The translations under genes were made by a program, and so were the position numbers. From Candidatus Pacearchaeota archaeon (lineage in GTDB: Archaea > Nanobdellota > Nanobdellia > Pacearchaeales > GW2011-AR1): a stretch of 64,000 bases of DNA. The notes beneath the pieces are model-generated. The model saw only the letters and a list, made by a program, of their open reading frames with translations. It had not been told where the DNA came from and ran no database searches. Positions 19,001 through 27,805 of this stretch are shown piece after piece. The stretch is from positions 75,529 to 139,528 of the forward strand of contig JAFCEE010000003.1 of NCBI GenBank assembly GCA_017609285.1. Reading direction: 5' to 3'. Position 1 is the stretch's first letter. The number at the start of each line of letters is the position of its first letter.

Positions 19001-19269
19001 GAGAAATGGAGCAACAAGCTTTAGTTGCTCATGGAGCTTCACTCTTATTAAAAGAGAGATATGATTCTGACAAGGTCGTAGTTTATATTTGTAATAAATG
19101 TGGGGGTATTGCAGTCAAAGACCATATTAAAAATAAGGTTAAATGTCCTGTCTGTGGCAGTGATGAAGCAGAAGGGATAGAAATCTCCTATGCTTTCAAA
19201 TTATTACTCGAAGAGTTACAAGGAATGCATATTGCTACTAAATTTGAATTGAAAAATAAATATGAATAA
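16012..19269 (+). CDS. rpoB: DNA-directed RNA polymerase subunit B (unsplit)
   Basis: 1085 aa. Contains GYFIINGNEKV, HPTHYGRFCPIETPEG, GDKFSTPHGQKGV, GGLRLGEMEQ, and the C-terminal Zn ribbon CNKCG...CPVCG. Confidence 0.95.
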   Translation: MDKHLIVKKYLKEHSLVESNILSFNNFIEERMQEIVNDLNESLSNEDIEIKLGRIRVEKPNIIEADGSVSILTPTEARLRNLTYSAPIFLEISVKQAEQTESRDVEIGRIPVMVRSKICNTYGMTKEEMEKHHIDPLDPGGYFIINGNEKVMVLTEDLAANQTFIEKSKNKLMLRLFSQRGAYRIPISIQETPEGIIEVSFSRFKNIPAIILLKSLGLTKEADIAKYIAKETDSLIVNLYEEEFTNISNSEEAMMFIAEKSALQGTKKEILDRVKQRIDNYFMPHIGTKKESRTEKAITLCKFIKQFLVARENPEIVTDKDHYANKRVKLSGDLLSDLFRVNLNILVRDIQYSLSKTIKRRRFYSLKTIAKSTLFSRRIESAIATGSWIGERKGVTQNMDKTNYLSILSQLQRVSSILPGEQENFLARTLHPTHYGRFCPIETPEGTEIGLRKNLALLARISTAISLDEAVFLNTLGKMGMQKHINTGEGFDIFFNGRFIGSVESGEDFVTKLREERRKGALPIEMSVRLDKTVKIVYISTEVGRVLRPLIIIDDGKSKLTEEHEKLLGEGKISWDDLLQQGIIEYLDASEEENALVALRKQDLTEEHTHLEIDAVACLGIITSLVPYANHNQPSRLLRGSKTLKQALGIYAANFPVRLDTDISILHYPQKPIVKSFVYDTLNIHPAGQNLVVAIMTYEGYNLEDAIVLNKGSIDRGMGRSTYFRPYTSVELHYAGNLKDEICIPEKDTSGYKTEESYRYLEDDGIVYPEAKLNEGEVVIGKTSPPKFLSEARDITIRTRKEASSVIRQEEKGIIDMVFVTIDNEGNKIVQVRTRDARNPELGDKFSTPHGQKGVVGAIIPEEDIPFTASGIKPDIIFNPHGIPSRMSVGYLLELLAGKVGCISGRTIDGTSFSGESVESLENELKRLGFRFDGKEAMYDPITGRLMKAKIFIGDMYYLKLKYMVSNKMHVRASGKVQLLTRQPIEGRAKGGGLRLGEMEQQALVAHGASLLLKERYDSDKVVVYICNKCGGIAVKDHIKNKVKCPVCGSDEAEGIEISYAFKLLLEELQGMHIATKFELKNKYE

Positions 19270-22200
19270 AATGATAAACATAATAAGGAAACAGGTCAAG
19301 GCATTATCATTTAGTTTACTTTCTCCAGAAGTAATAAAGAAATTGTCATCTACTAAAATAGTGACTCCTGAATTGTATGATGTTGATGGCTATCCTGTTG
19401 ATGGCGGCCTAATGGATTTGAGATTAGGGGCAATAGAGCCAGGTGTAAGGTGTAGGACTTGCGGCGGTACTCTAAAAGAATGTTTAGGACATGCTGGAAG
19501 TATTGATTTGGCTAGGCCAGTATTGCATGTTAAATATGTCCCTTTAATTGAACTCTTCTTAAGAAGATTTTGTGAAGCTTGTGGTAAAATACTTCTTAGC
19601 GAGGAAGAGATTAAAAAATATAATATAAGTCAAAGGATAAAGAAAGCAAAAGATGTAAAGAAATGCCCTCATTGTCAGGCTGTTCAAGAAAAAATAAAGC
19701 TAGAAAAGCCAACAACATTTTACGCAGGGAAAAGAAGGATTTTCCCTACAGAGATTAGAGAAAGACTTAGTAGAATTCCTGATGAGCATTTAAGATTTGT
19801 TGGAACAAATCCTGAAACATGCAGGCCAGAATGGGCAGTTCTTACTTTGTTGCTCGTTCCGCCAGTTACAGTAAGACCTTCTATTACCTTAGAAACAGGT
19901 GAGAGAAGTGAAGATGATTTAACCCATAAGCTAGGAGATATTATCAGAGCAAACCAAAGATTGTGGGAGAACTTAAATGCCGGAGCTCCAGAAGTTATTG
20001 TCGAAGATTTGTGGGATTTGTTGCAATATCATGTTACAACTTTTTTTGATAACAGTGTTACAAGAATTCCGCCAGCAAGGCATCGTTCAGGCCAGCCCCT
20101 TAAGACAATAACAGAAAGAATTAAAGGTAAGGAAGGGAGAATTAGACACAATCTTGCGGGTAAAAGAGTCAACTATTCTTCTAGGAGTGTCATAAGTCCT
20201 GACCCTTTCCTAGAACTTAATGAAATAGGAGTTCCTTTAGAAATTGCTAAAGTAATTACTGTAGCAGAAGGAGTGACTACATCAAATCTTGAGTTGATGA
20301 AAAAATTGATTTTATCTGAGGACTATCCTGGAGCAAATTATATAATCAGACCTGATGGTAAAAGAAAGAAAATAACTCCTGATTTAAAAGAGGAGATTTT
20401 AGAGGAGTTGCAACCAGGTTATATAGTAGAAAGACATTTGCAAGAGGGAGATATAGTATTATTCAATAGACATCCTTCTCTACATAAACAGAGTTTAATG
20501 GCTCATTATGTTAAGGTTCTTCCTTACAAAACTTTTAGGTTGCATCCTGCTGTAACTCACCCATATAATGCTGATTTTGATGGGGATGAAATGAATATTC
20601 ATTCTCCTCAGACCGAGGAAGCTAGAAGTGAAGCCAAAATTTTATTGAATGTGGACCAAAATCTTATAAGTTCTAAAAATAATACAAATCTTCTTGGATG
20701 TATAGCTGACGCAGTCACAGGAAATTATCTTTTGAGTATAGACAAGATAGATAGAGATGTAGCCTTACAAACATTATTTGAAGCTGGGATTGAAACTGAG
20801 ATAAGCAAGAAAAATATTGAAGGAAGAGAAATTTTCTCTAAATCGTTTCCAAAAATTAATTTCTCAACCAAAGCAAAAACCTGTCTTGGAAAAGATTGTG
20901 TTTGGTATAATAATTGTAAAAAAGAGAAATGTCCTTATAATGCCTATCTAAGCATAAAGGAAGGCAAATTATTGTCTGGAATAATTGATAAAAATGCTTT
21001 TGGTGTTGAAGATGGAACCCTAATCAAGTTCTTTGATAAAGAAGTTGGTAGGAGAAAAACTTTAGATATACTAAAGAGAGTGTTTGCTCTTGGTACAACT
21101 TATCTTTCACGACAGGGATTCAGTATTTCCCTTTCTGACTTAAAGGTAAATGAAAAAACAGTTCAGGAAACAGAAAAAATAATTTCTGGTGCTGAAGAGA
21201 AAACACAACAGATTATCAAATCTTATTATGATAATACTTTAGAATCTATTCCAGGTAAGACAAAAGAGGAAAGCAGGGAAATTAAAATTTTACAAACACT
21301 AAATGAGATAAGAACAAAGATAGGGAAAGTTATAAAAGAGGAATTTCCAAAAGATAATCCAGTTAATATAATGATAAGGTCAGGTGCCGGAGGTAATATT
21401 TTAAATGTTACTCAAATTGCCTGCTCTGTCGGGCAACAAGCTCTATGGGCTAAACGTATAAGTCTTGGATATACTAACAGAACACTTTCTTTTTTTAAAG
21501 AACATGATTTAAGTCCAAAAGCGAGAGGTTTTATATATTCTTCTTACTTAAAAGGTTTAGAACCTTATGAATTTTTCTTTGGAAGCATGACAGGGAGAGA
21601 TGCTTTAATGGACACGGCTTTAAGAACTCCGAAATCTGGATATCTCTATAGAAGACTTGCCAACGCATTACAAGATTTGAAATCAGAATATGATGAAACT
21701 GTAAGAGACGCTTCTGAGAATATAGTCCAGTTTAAATACGGAGATGATGGCTTAGATGTTTCTAATCTACACAAGAACAAAAAAATCCCTCCTGCAGAAG
21801 CTGTGGGTATTGTTACTGCTCAGTCTTTCGGCGAACCATCAACTCAAATGGCATTGAATGTGTTCCATTTTGCTGGAGTTCAGGAGATGCAAATAACTCT
21901 TGGTTTGCCAAGATTAATAGAAATATTTGACGCAAGAAAGCAACCCTCTACACCATTAATGGAAATTCATTTAGAGCAGAAATATAATAATGAAAAAGAT
22001 GCTCGTATGATAGCAGAAAAAATTAAAGAAGTGAGAATGCAAGAAATAATGTCTGAAATAAAAATTAATTTTTCAGATAAAAGAATAGAGGCTCTATTAG
22101 ATAATAATTTTGTTAAATCTATACATTTATCTATTAAAAAAATTGTAGAGAAACTTAATGAGAAAGGATTTAAAGTTAGGGTTAAAAATAACATAATTTA

Positions 22201-22858
22201 CATAGCTGACACAAAACTTGACTTCAAAGGACTTTACAAATTAAAAGAAAAATTGAAAGATACAATAATCTCTGGAATTAAAGGGATAAATCAGGTTTTG
22301 GTAGTTAAGAGAGAAAGAGATTATGTTATTTTAACTGCAGGTTCTAATTTAAAAGAAGTATTTAAAGTTAAAGGAGTTAATAAAGAAAGGACAGTTACTA
22401 ATAATATACATGAGATTGCAGAGGTTTTGGGAATAGAGGCAGCAAAACAAACAATTATAAATGAAATAAAGAAAGTTATAGATCAACAAGGTTTGGATGT
22501 TGACAAGAGGCATATTAAGTTAGTAGCAGATGCTATGACTTACAAAGGAGATGTTAAAGGAGTTACAAGGATGGGTATTATTTCTGAGAAAAGCAGTATT
22601 TTAGCGAGGGCAAGTTTTGAAACTCCAATTAAGCAGTTTGTTAATGCAAGTATTAAGGGAAGTAAAGATAGATTGGCGAGTGTTGTAGAGAATATAATCT
22701 TAAATCAACCTGTTCCTGTTGGCACTGGCTTGCCTGGTTTATTAGTTAAGGTTACAGGTCCTTTAGTAAAAAGAGTAGGTAAAGAAGGAACAGAAAAAGT
22801 TAAAAAGGGAAAAATCAAAAAAGAGAAAGAAAAAGTGAAAACAGAGAAGAAGAAATGA
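19262..22858 (+). CDS. rpoA: DNA-directed RNA polymerase subunit A, with A' and A'' regions in one continuous ORF
   Basis: 1198 aa. The A' hallmark YNADFDGDEMNIH and the A'' hallmark AEAVGIVTAQSFGEPSTQMALNVFHFAGV are in the same frame with no intervening stop. Confidence 0.9.
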   Translation: MNKMINIIRKQVKALSFSLLSPEVIKKLSSTKIVTPELYDVDGYPVDGGLMDLRLGAIEPGVRCRTCGGTLKECLGHAGSIDLARPVLHVKYVPLIELFLRRFCEACGKILLSEEEIKKYNISQRIKKAKDVKKCPHCQAVQEKIKLEKPTTFYAGKRRIFPTEIRERLSRIPDEHLRFVGTNPETCRPEWAVLTLLLVPPVTVRPSITLETGERSEDDLTHKLGDIIRANQRLWENLNAGAPEVIVEDLWDLLQYHVTTFFDNSVTRIPPARHRSGQPLKTITERIKGKEGRIRHNLAGKRVNYSSRSVISPDPFLELNEIGVPLEIAKVITVAEGVTTSNLELMKKLILSEDYPGANYIIRPDGKRKKITPDLKEEILEELQPGYIVERHLQEGDIVLFNRHPSLHKQSLMAHYVKVLPYKTFRLHPAVTHPYNADFDGDEMNIHSPQTEEARSEAKILLNVDQNLISSKNNTNLLGCIADAVTGNYLLSIDKIDRDVALQTLFEAGIETEISKKNIEGREIFSKSFPKINFSTKAKTCLGKDCVWYNNCKKEKCPYNAYLSIKEGKLLSGIIDKNAFGVEDGTLIKFFDKEVGRRKTLDILKRVFALGTTYLSRQGFSISLSDLKVNEKTVQETEKIISGAEEKTQQIIKSYYDNTLESIPGKTKEESREIKILQTLNEIRTKIGKVIKEEFPKDNPVNIMIRSGAGGNILNVTQIACSVGQQALWAKRISLGYTNRTLSFFKEHDLSPKARGFIYSSYLKGLEPYEFFFGSMTGRDALMDTALRTPKSGYLYRRLANALQDLKSEYDETVRDASENIVQFKYGDDGLDVSNLHKNKKIPPAEAVGIVTAQSFGEPSTQMALNVFHFAGVQEMQITLGLPRLIEIFDARKQPSTPLMEIHLEQKYNNEKDARMIAEKIKEVRMQEIMSEIKINFSDKRIEALLDNNFVKSIHLSIKKIVEKLNEKGFKVRVKNNIIYIADTKLDFKGLYKLKEKLKDTIISGIKGINQVLVVKRERDYVILTAGSNLKEVFKVKGVNKERTVTNNIHEIAEVLGIEAAKQTIINEIKKVIDQQGLDVDKRHIKLVADAMTYKGDVKGVTRMGIISEKSSILARASFETPIKQFVNASIKGSKDRLASVVENIILNQPVPVGTGLPGLLVKVTGPLVKRVGKEGTEKVKKGKIKKEKEKVKTEKKK

Positions 22859-23271
22859 AACAAACATTAGATATGAGATTTATTAGATACTTGAACTTGT
22901 TTGAAAGAGTTATGGGTGTCAGAAGTAAAAACTGTTTTTTCTATAATAATTATGTGATTTTCGCTGTTCCTAGCAGCCTGGTTTCCAAAGCTATAGGAGA
23001 AAAAGGTAAGAATGTTAAAAAACTTATGCCTATATTAGGAAAGAAAATAAAAATAGTTGCTTTACCCAAAAGTATTGAAGATACAGAGAGATTTATCTCT
23101 GAAATTGTAGGCCCTGTACAGTTCAAAAATCTTGAAATTACTCAAAAAGAAATAATAATTTCAGCAAGTAAGCAAAGTAAGGCTGCTTTAATAGGAAGGA
23201 ATAAAGTTAGATTTAATGAGCTAAAAAAAATTATTAACGAGTTTTTTGGTAAAGATTTGAAGATTATTTAA
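22855..23271 (+). CDS. nusA: archaeal NusA-like KH-domain transcription factor
   Basis: 138 aa with two KH-like segments (SKAIGEKGKNVKKL; ALIGRNKVRFNELKK), in the conserved position between rpoA and S12. ATGA overlap with rpoA. Confidence 0.75.
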   Translation: MKQTLDMRFIRYLNLFERVMGVRSKNCFFYNNYVIFAVPSSLVSKAIGEKGKNVKKLMPILGKKIKIVALPKSIEDTERFISEIVGPVQFKNLEITQKEIIISASKQSKAALIGRNKVRFNELKKIINEFFGKDLKII

Positions 23272-23325
23272 TCTACTCTGGGGGTTAAATTTAAAAATCA
23301 AGCTTTGATTTTTATAAAAGTTAAA

Positions 23326-23748
23326 ATGGGATTGAAAAGTGCGAAAAAATTATCGAAGACAAGAAAAAAATTTAGATGGAAGTCTAGAAAATATAAAATT
23401 AGAAAGTTGGGCTTGTATGCTAAATCTGATCCTCTGGAAGGGAAGCCACAAGCTAAAGGGATAGTGTTAGAAAAAGTACAAAAAGAAGCAAAACAGCCAA
23501 ATTCTGCTATGAGGAAGTGTTGTAGAGTTCAACTTATTAAAAATAGTAAGACAGTAACTGCTTTTATTCCAGGAAATCTTGCTCAAAAATTTATAGACGA
23601 GCATGATGAGGTATTGATAGAAAGAATAGGAGGAAAACAAGGAAGAAGCAAAGGAGATATTCCTGGTGTTAGGTTCCAAGTTATAAAAGTAAATGACCAG
23701 CCTTTATCAAGATTAGTTAAAGGTAAGATAGAAAAAGGTAGAAGATGA
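23326..23748 (+). CDS. rps12: 30S ribosomal protein uS12
   Basis: [33 protein letters not shown]...VTAFIPG...VLIERIGG...[13 protein letters not shown]. The ORF track starts at 23305; ATG 23326 is more likely. Confidence 0.9.
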   Translation: MGLKSAKKLSKTRKKFRWKSRKYKIRKLGLYAKSDPLEGKPQAKGIVLEKVQKEAKQPNSAMRKCCRVQLIKNSKTVTAFIPGNLAQKFIDEHDEVLIERIGGKQGRSKGDIPGVRFQVIKVNDQPLSRLVKGKIEKGRR

Positions 23749-23969
23749 GAACAAAAGTTTATGATAGAGAAGGGCATCCATTTTTATATAGATTTTTTTT
23801 TGGAATAGATAAAGATGGGAACGAATATAAAAGACAGACCTTTACTGATTATTTTAGATTAATTGTTGATTTGCCTTTGGTAGTTGTAGAACAGGGTCTG
23901 GAAAAAATGATTGAATTAATTAGTTGTGGAGGAGAAAAAGAAGAAAAGACAGATGGGGGGCTTATTTAA
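23745..23969 (+). CDS. hypothetical 74-aa protein inserted between uS12 and uS7
   Basis: The ORF has an ATGA overlap with the S12 stop and ends 1 nt before the S7 ATG. No recognisable motif. Confidence 0.4.
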   Translation: MRTKVYDREGHPFLYRFFFGIDKDGNEYKRQTFTDYFRLIVDLPLVVVEQGLEKMIELISCGGEKEEKTDGGLI

Positions 23970-23970
23970 G

Positions 23971-24558
23971 ATGAAAATTTTTGATTTATATGAGACTAAG
24001 AATGTGAAAGTAGAAGACCTTGGTTTAGCTAAGTATATCAACTTAGATGAGAAATTAGTTTTAAAAAGTCATGGAAGAAATACAGGAAAATTTGGGAAAG
24101 CTAATGTAAATATAATAGAAAGATTAGTTGGACTAATCGGCGTTCCTGGACATAGAGGCAAAAAGCATAAGATTCAGACTTCTTGGAGTAGTGGAAAATA
24201 TAGTAAAAATATGAAAACTGTTCTTAATTGTTTGAAAATTATAGAATCTAAAACTAAAAAAAATCCAATTCAGATTCTTGTGAAGGCTATAGAGAATTCA
24301 GCTCCAAAAGATGAAGTTACAACAATAGAATATGGAGGGGCAAGGTATCCGCAAGCTGTAGATGTAAGCCCTCTAAGAAGGCTTAATCTTGCTTTAAGAA
24401 ATTTAGTACATGGAGGGTATGATAAAAGCTTTAATAAAAAAACAAAGATAAGCGAGGGATTAGCTCAAGAAATTTTGTTGGCAAGTGAAAATTCTAATGA
24501 AAGTTTAGCTATACAAAAAAGGAATGAAAGTGAAAAGCAGGCAGATGCTGCAAGATAA
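23971..24558 (+). CDS. rps7: 30S ribosomal protein uS7
   Basis: MKIFDLYE...IIERLVGLIGVPGHRGKKHKI...ENSAPKDEVTTIEYGGARYPQAVDVSPLRRLNLALRNL. The ORF-track start at 23926 would overlap the upstream ORF; ATG 23971 is preferred. Confidence 0.9.
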   Translation: MKIFDLYETKNVKVEDLGLAKYINLDEKLVLKSHGRNTGKFGKANVNIIERLVGLIGVPGHRGKKHKIQTSWSSGKYSKNMKTVLNCLKIIESKTKKNPIQILVKAIENSAPKDEVTTIEYGGARYPQAVDVSPLRRLNLALRNLVHGGYDKSFNKKTKISEGLAQEILLASENSNESLAIQKRNESEKQADAAR

Positions 24559-24576
24559 GGATGTAGCTATGTAAAA

Positions 24577-26745
24577 ATGGCAGATGATAAAACAGAAAAA
24601 GTTAAGGAATTAATGCATCAGCTAGAGAAGATTAGAAATATAGCTATAGCTGCGCATATTGATCATGGCAAGACAACTTTCTCAGATAATTTGCTTGCTG
24701 GAGCTGGGATGATGTCTGAAGAATTAGCTGGCAAGCAACTTGTTCTTGATTTTCATGAAGATGAAAGAACGAGGGGAATAACTATAGATGCTGCTAATGT
24801 AAGTATGGTACATAATTTTGAGGGACAAGATTATTTAATCAACCTTATTGACACGCCCGGCCATGTAGATTTTGGTGGAGATGTTACAAGAGCTATGAGA
24901 GCTGTTGATGGTTGTATTGTTTTAGTTTGCGCAAGTGAAGGAGTAATGCCTCAAACAGAAACTGTAGTACGACAGGCATTAAGAGAAAGAGTAAAACCTG
25001 TTTTATTTATAAATAAAGTAGACAGGTTAATCAGAGAGGTGAAGTTAACTCCTGAGCAAATGCAAGAGAAATTTGTGAAAATAATAAACCAGGTAAATGA
25101 ATTAATAAAGCAATTAGCTCCTGAGGAATTTAAAGAAAAATGGCAAGTCAGTGTTCAAGATGGTTCTGTAGCGTTTGGCTCAGCTGTCCATAACTGGGCT
25201 TTGTCTTTTTCTTTTATGAAAAAACAAGGGATTAGTTTTAAAGATATTATTGAAGGGTATCAGGAAGGGGGAGAAAAATATAAAGAATTAGCTAAGAAAG
25301 CTCCTTTACATAGAGTTATTCTTGATATGGTAATAAAACATATTCCTAATCCTAAACAAGCTCAGAAATATAGGATTCCTAAAATATGGCACGGAGATGT
25401 TGAGAGTGAAGAAGGGAAGGCCTTAATTAATTGTGATGAAAAGGGTAAGATGGCATTTGTCTGTACAAAAATAGTTGTAGATAAACATGCAGGAGAAATA
25501 GCTGCAGGAAGATTATTTTCAGGAAAGTTAAAACAGGGGGATGAGGTTTATATGAATTTAGCAAAAAAAAGAGCAAGACTACAACAGGTTTTTATTTATA
25601 AGGGAGCAAAAAGAATACAAATAGATGAGGTTGTGGCTGGCAACATAATTGGTTTAGGTGGTTTGAAAGGGATATATGCCGGTGAAACTATAAGTTCTGA
25701 ACCTATAGAACCCTTTGAAGCGATAAAACATATTTTTGAGCCTGTTGTTACGAAGAGTATTGAAGCTAAGACACCTGCTGACTTACCAAAACTGATAGAG
25801 GTATTAAAACAGGTTGCCAAAGAGGATCCTAGCATTGTTGTCGAGATAAATGAAGAAACTGGTGAGAATTTAATTAGCGGTATGGGTGAATTACACTTAG
25901 AAATAATTGAAAATAGGATAAGAACAGAAAAGGGTTTAGATGTTACTACAAGTAGTCCAATAGTTGTTTATAATGAAACTGTTGTACAAGAGAGTAAGGC
26001 TTTCGAAGGTAGGAGTCCTAATAAACACAACCAATTTTTTATTAAAGTTGAGCCTTTAGAAGAAGAAGTTTATGAGGCAATCAAGGCAGGAGAAATAAAA
26101 GAAGGCAGGATTAAGAAGAAAGATGAAGCTCTCGCTACTAAATTGAGAGAATTAGGTATAGGGGGAGACGAAATAAGACAATATCGAGACGTCTACAAAG
26201 GAAATGTTTTCCTCGATAAAACAAGGGGAGAGGTTCATATTGGAGAGGTAATAGAATTAATATTAGATGCTTTTGAACAAGTATGTGATAGAGGTCCTTT
26301 AGCTCGAGAACCTTGTATGAAAATGAAAGTTTCTTTAGTAGATATAAAATTGCATGAAGATGCTATTCATAGAGGTCCAGCCCAAGTATATCCTGCTGTC
26401 AGAGATGCCTTATATGCTGCTATGAAGGATGGAAAAGCTTGTTTACTCGAACCTGTTCAAATACACCAAATTGAAGCTCCTCTTAAATTTATGTCAGAGT
26501 TAACTAAATTAATAACTAGCAAAAGAGGACAATTATTAGATGTTAAACAAGACGAAATAGTGACGATAAGAGCAAAAATTCCTGTAGCTGAAATGTTAGG
26601 ATGGAGCAATGATTTAAGGTCAGCGACTGAAGGTCGCGGCGTGAGTAGTCTTGTAGATCAAAAGTTTGAGAGAGTTCCAAGTGAGATGCAAGAAGAAATT
26701 ATTAAAAAGATTAGACAGAGAAAAGGTTTAGCTGAAAATCAGTAG
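24577..26745 (+). CDS. fusA: translation elongation factor 2 (aEF-2)
   Basis: IRNIAIAAHIDHGKTTFSDNLL, DTPGHVDFGG, NKVDRL, and the diphthamide-site loop HEDAIHRGPAQ. Confidence 0.95.
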   Translation: MADDKTEKVKELMHQLEKIRNIAIAAHIDHGKTTFSDNLLAGAGMMSEELAGKQLVLDFHEDERTRGITIDAANVSMVHNFEGQDYLINLIDTPGHVDFGGDVTRAMRAVDGCIVLVCASEGVMPQTETVVRQALRERVKPVLFINKVDRLIREVKLTPEQMQEKFVKIINQVNELIKQLAPEEFKEKWQVSVQDGSVAFGSAVHNWALSFSFMKKQGISFKDIIEGYQEGGEKYKELAKKAPLHRVILDMVIKHIPNPKQAQKYRIPKIWHGDVESEEGKALINCDEKGKMAFVCTKIVVDKHAGEIAAGRLFSGKLKQGDEVYMNLAKKRARLQQVFIYKGAKRIQIDEVVAGNIIGLGGLKGIYAGETISSEPIEPFEAIKHIFEPVVTKSIEAKTPADLPKLIEVLKQVAKEDPSIVVEINEETGENLISGMGELHLEIIENRIRTEKGLDVTTSSPIVVYNETVVQESKAFEGRSPNKHNQFFIKVEPLEEEVYEAIKAGEIKEGRIKKKDEALATKLRELGIGGDEIRQYRDVYKGNVFLDKTRGEVHIGEVIELILDAFEQVCDRGPLAREPCMKMKVSLVDIKLHEDAIHRGPAQVYPAVRDALYAAMKDGKACLLEPVQIHQIEAPLKFMSELTKLITSKRGQLLDVKQDEIVTIRAKIPVAEMLGWSNDLRSATEGRGVSSLVDQKFERVPSEMQEEIIKKIRQRKGLAENQ

Positions 26746-26840
26746 GGAGCGGCGTGTATTGTTAAGTTAAGGGTTGCTTATTATCTTCTAGAAAAATTTG
26801 TCTTTGCTAGAACAAATTCAACCAATATGGAGAATAACCT

Positions 26841-27746
26841 CTATATTTTGGAGCCATCTTCAAAAGTATCATAATGGCCTCGATGTAAATTTCTATTAAG
26901 TCTAAATAATCTTTTTTTAAACTTTTTATCCCTTAAGATCACATAAAGGTCTGTAAACTGTTGGCCTGTTAGGCTGCTTCCCCTCCTGTTAAATAAACCT
27001 GACATAGATGACACAGATGCAGATTCTAAAAACCTCAAAAAAGCCTCCTTGGTTATATAAGTTTCTTGAGAATTATGATGAATTAAATTTCTGAACCCAT
27101 TAAAGAGCGAGTCTCCAACAGATCTCGTCCTCTGGTCCCACACCGCCCTCACTAGATACAAAGCAGGATCTCTACCTAAATCTTTTTTGTCTCTTGGTCT
27201 TAAAGTGATAATTGCTCCATTAACAGAAGGTTCTGGATCAAATCTATCTGAAGGCACTTCCCTCTCATAGGATGTATGAAAATAAGCGTTTGTTAATAGA
27301 GGAAGTCTTCTGGATGTTATTTCCTCAAGCTCTCCTAATTTGTACATCTCTATTAATTTAGCCATATTATCTCCAATTAAAAGAGAGGCTAATTCAAACT
27401 TAGTGCCATACAACCTTTCAAATAAAGGCTCTGTGATATTAAAGGGAATATTTGAAACAATTTTATCAATTTTTCTTGGCCATGGGCAAGTAAGAGCATT
27501 TCCAACAACCACCTCTAAACTAGGATGTCGAGAAAATTGTCTTCTTAAATCATTCGCAAGATTTGGATCAGATTCAATTGCAATAACTCTCTTTGCCCTT
27601 CCGATTAGTTCCTTAGTTATAAAACCGTCTCCGGGCCCTATCTCCAAAACACAATCACTAGCATTAATTTCTGCCAAAGAGACCATGTATTGGCTTACTT
27701 GGGGATCTCTTAAAAAATGCTGATTTGTATAGTTTAATCTTGACAT
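26841..27746 (-). CDS. rRNA adenine N6-methyltransferase family protein (KsgA/Erm-like), compositionally atypical
   Basis: NQHFLRDPQV...VLEIGPGDGFITKEL...VIAIESDPNL...IVSNIPFNITEPL. The protein is Arg-rich and Lys-poor. Two hand-counted 60-nt lines gave 42% and 52% GC, against ~35% in rpoB. Confidence 0.75.
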   Translation of the reverse strand: MSRLNYTNQHFLRDPQVSQYMVSLAEINASDCVLEIGPGDGFITKELIGRAKRVIAIESDPNLANDLRRQFSRHPSLEVVVGNALTCPWPRKIDKIVSNIPFNITEPLFERLYGTKFELASLLIGDNMAKLIEMYKLGELEEITSRRLPLLTNAYFHTSYEREVPSDRFDPEPSVNGAIITLRPRDKKDLGRDPALYLVRAVWDQRTRSVGDSLFNGFRNLIHHNSQETYITKEAFLRFLESASVSSMSGLFNRRGSSLTGQQFTDLYVILRDKKFKKRLFRLNRNLHRGHYDTFEDGSKI

Positions 27747-27805
27747 GATAAACTATATTTTTTATGACTATTTAAATTCTATTATTATAAAGTGAAAAAC
27801 TAATT

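Noticed and set aside
23926-23970. N-terminal extension of uS7 given in the ORF track ([15 protein letters not shown]...)
   Set aside because: The extension overlaps the preceding ORF, and conserved uS7 sequence only begins after ATG 23971. The extension was kept as an alternative, not as a feature.
26760-26840. Overlapping inverted repeats (TTCTAG...CTAGAA and AATTTGT...ACAAATT) between the convergent EF-2 and Erm-like genes
   Set aside because: The short stems sit in a convergent 3' intergenic region and are most simply a bidirectional terminator-like hairpin. They are not distinctive enough to report as a finding.
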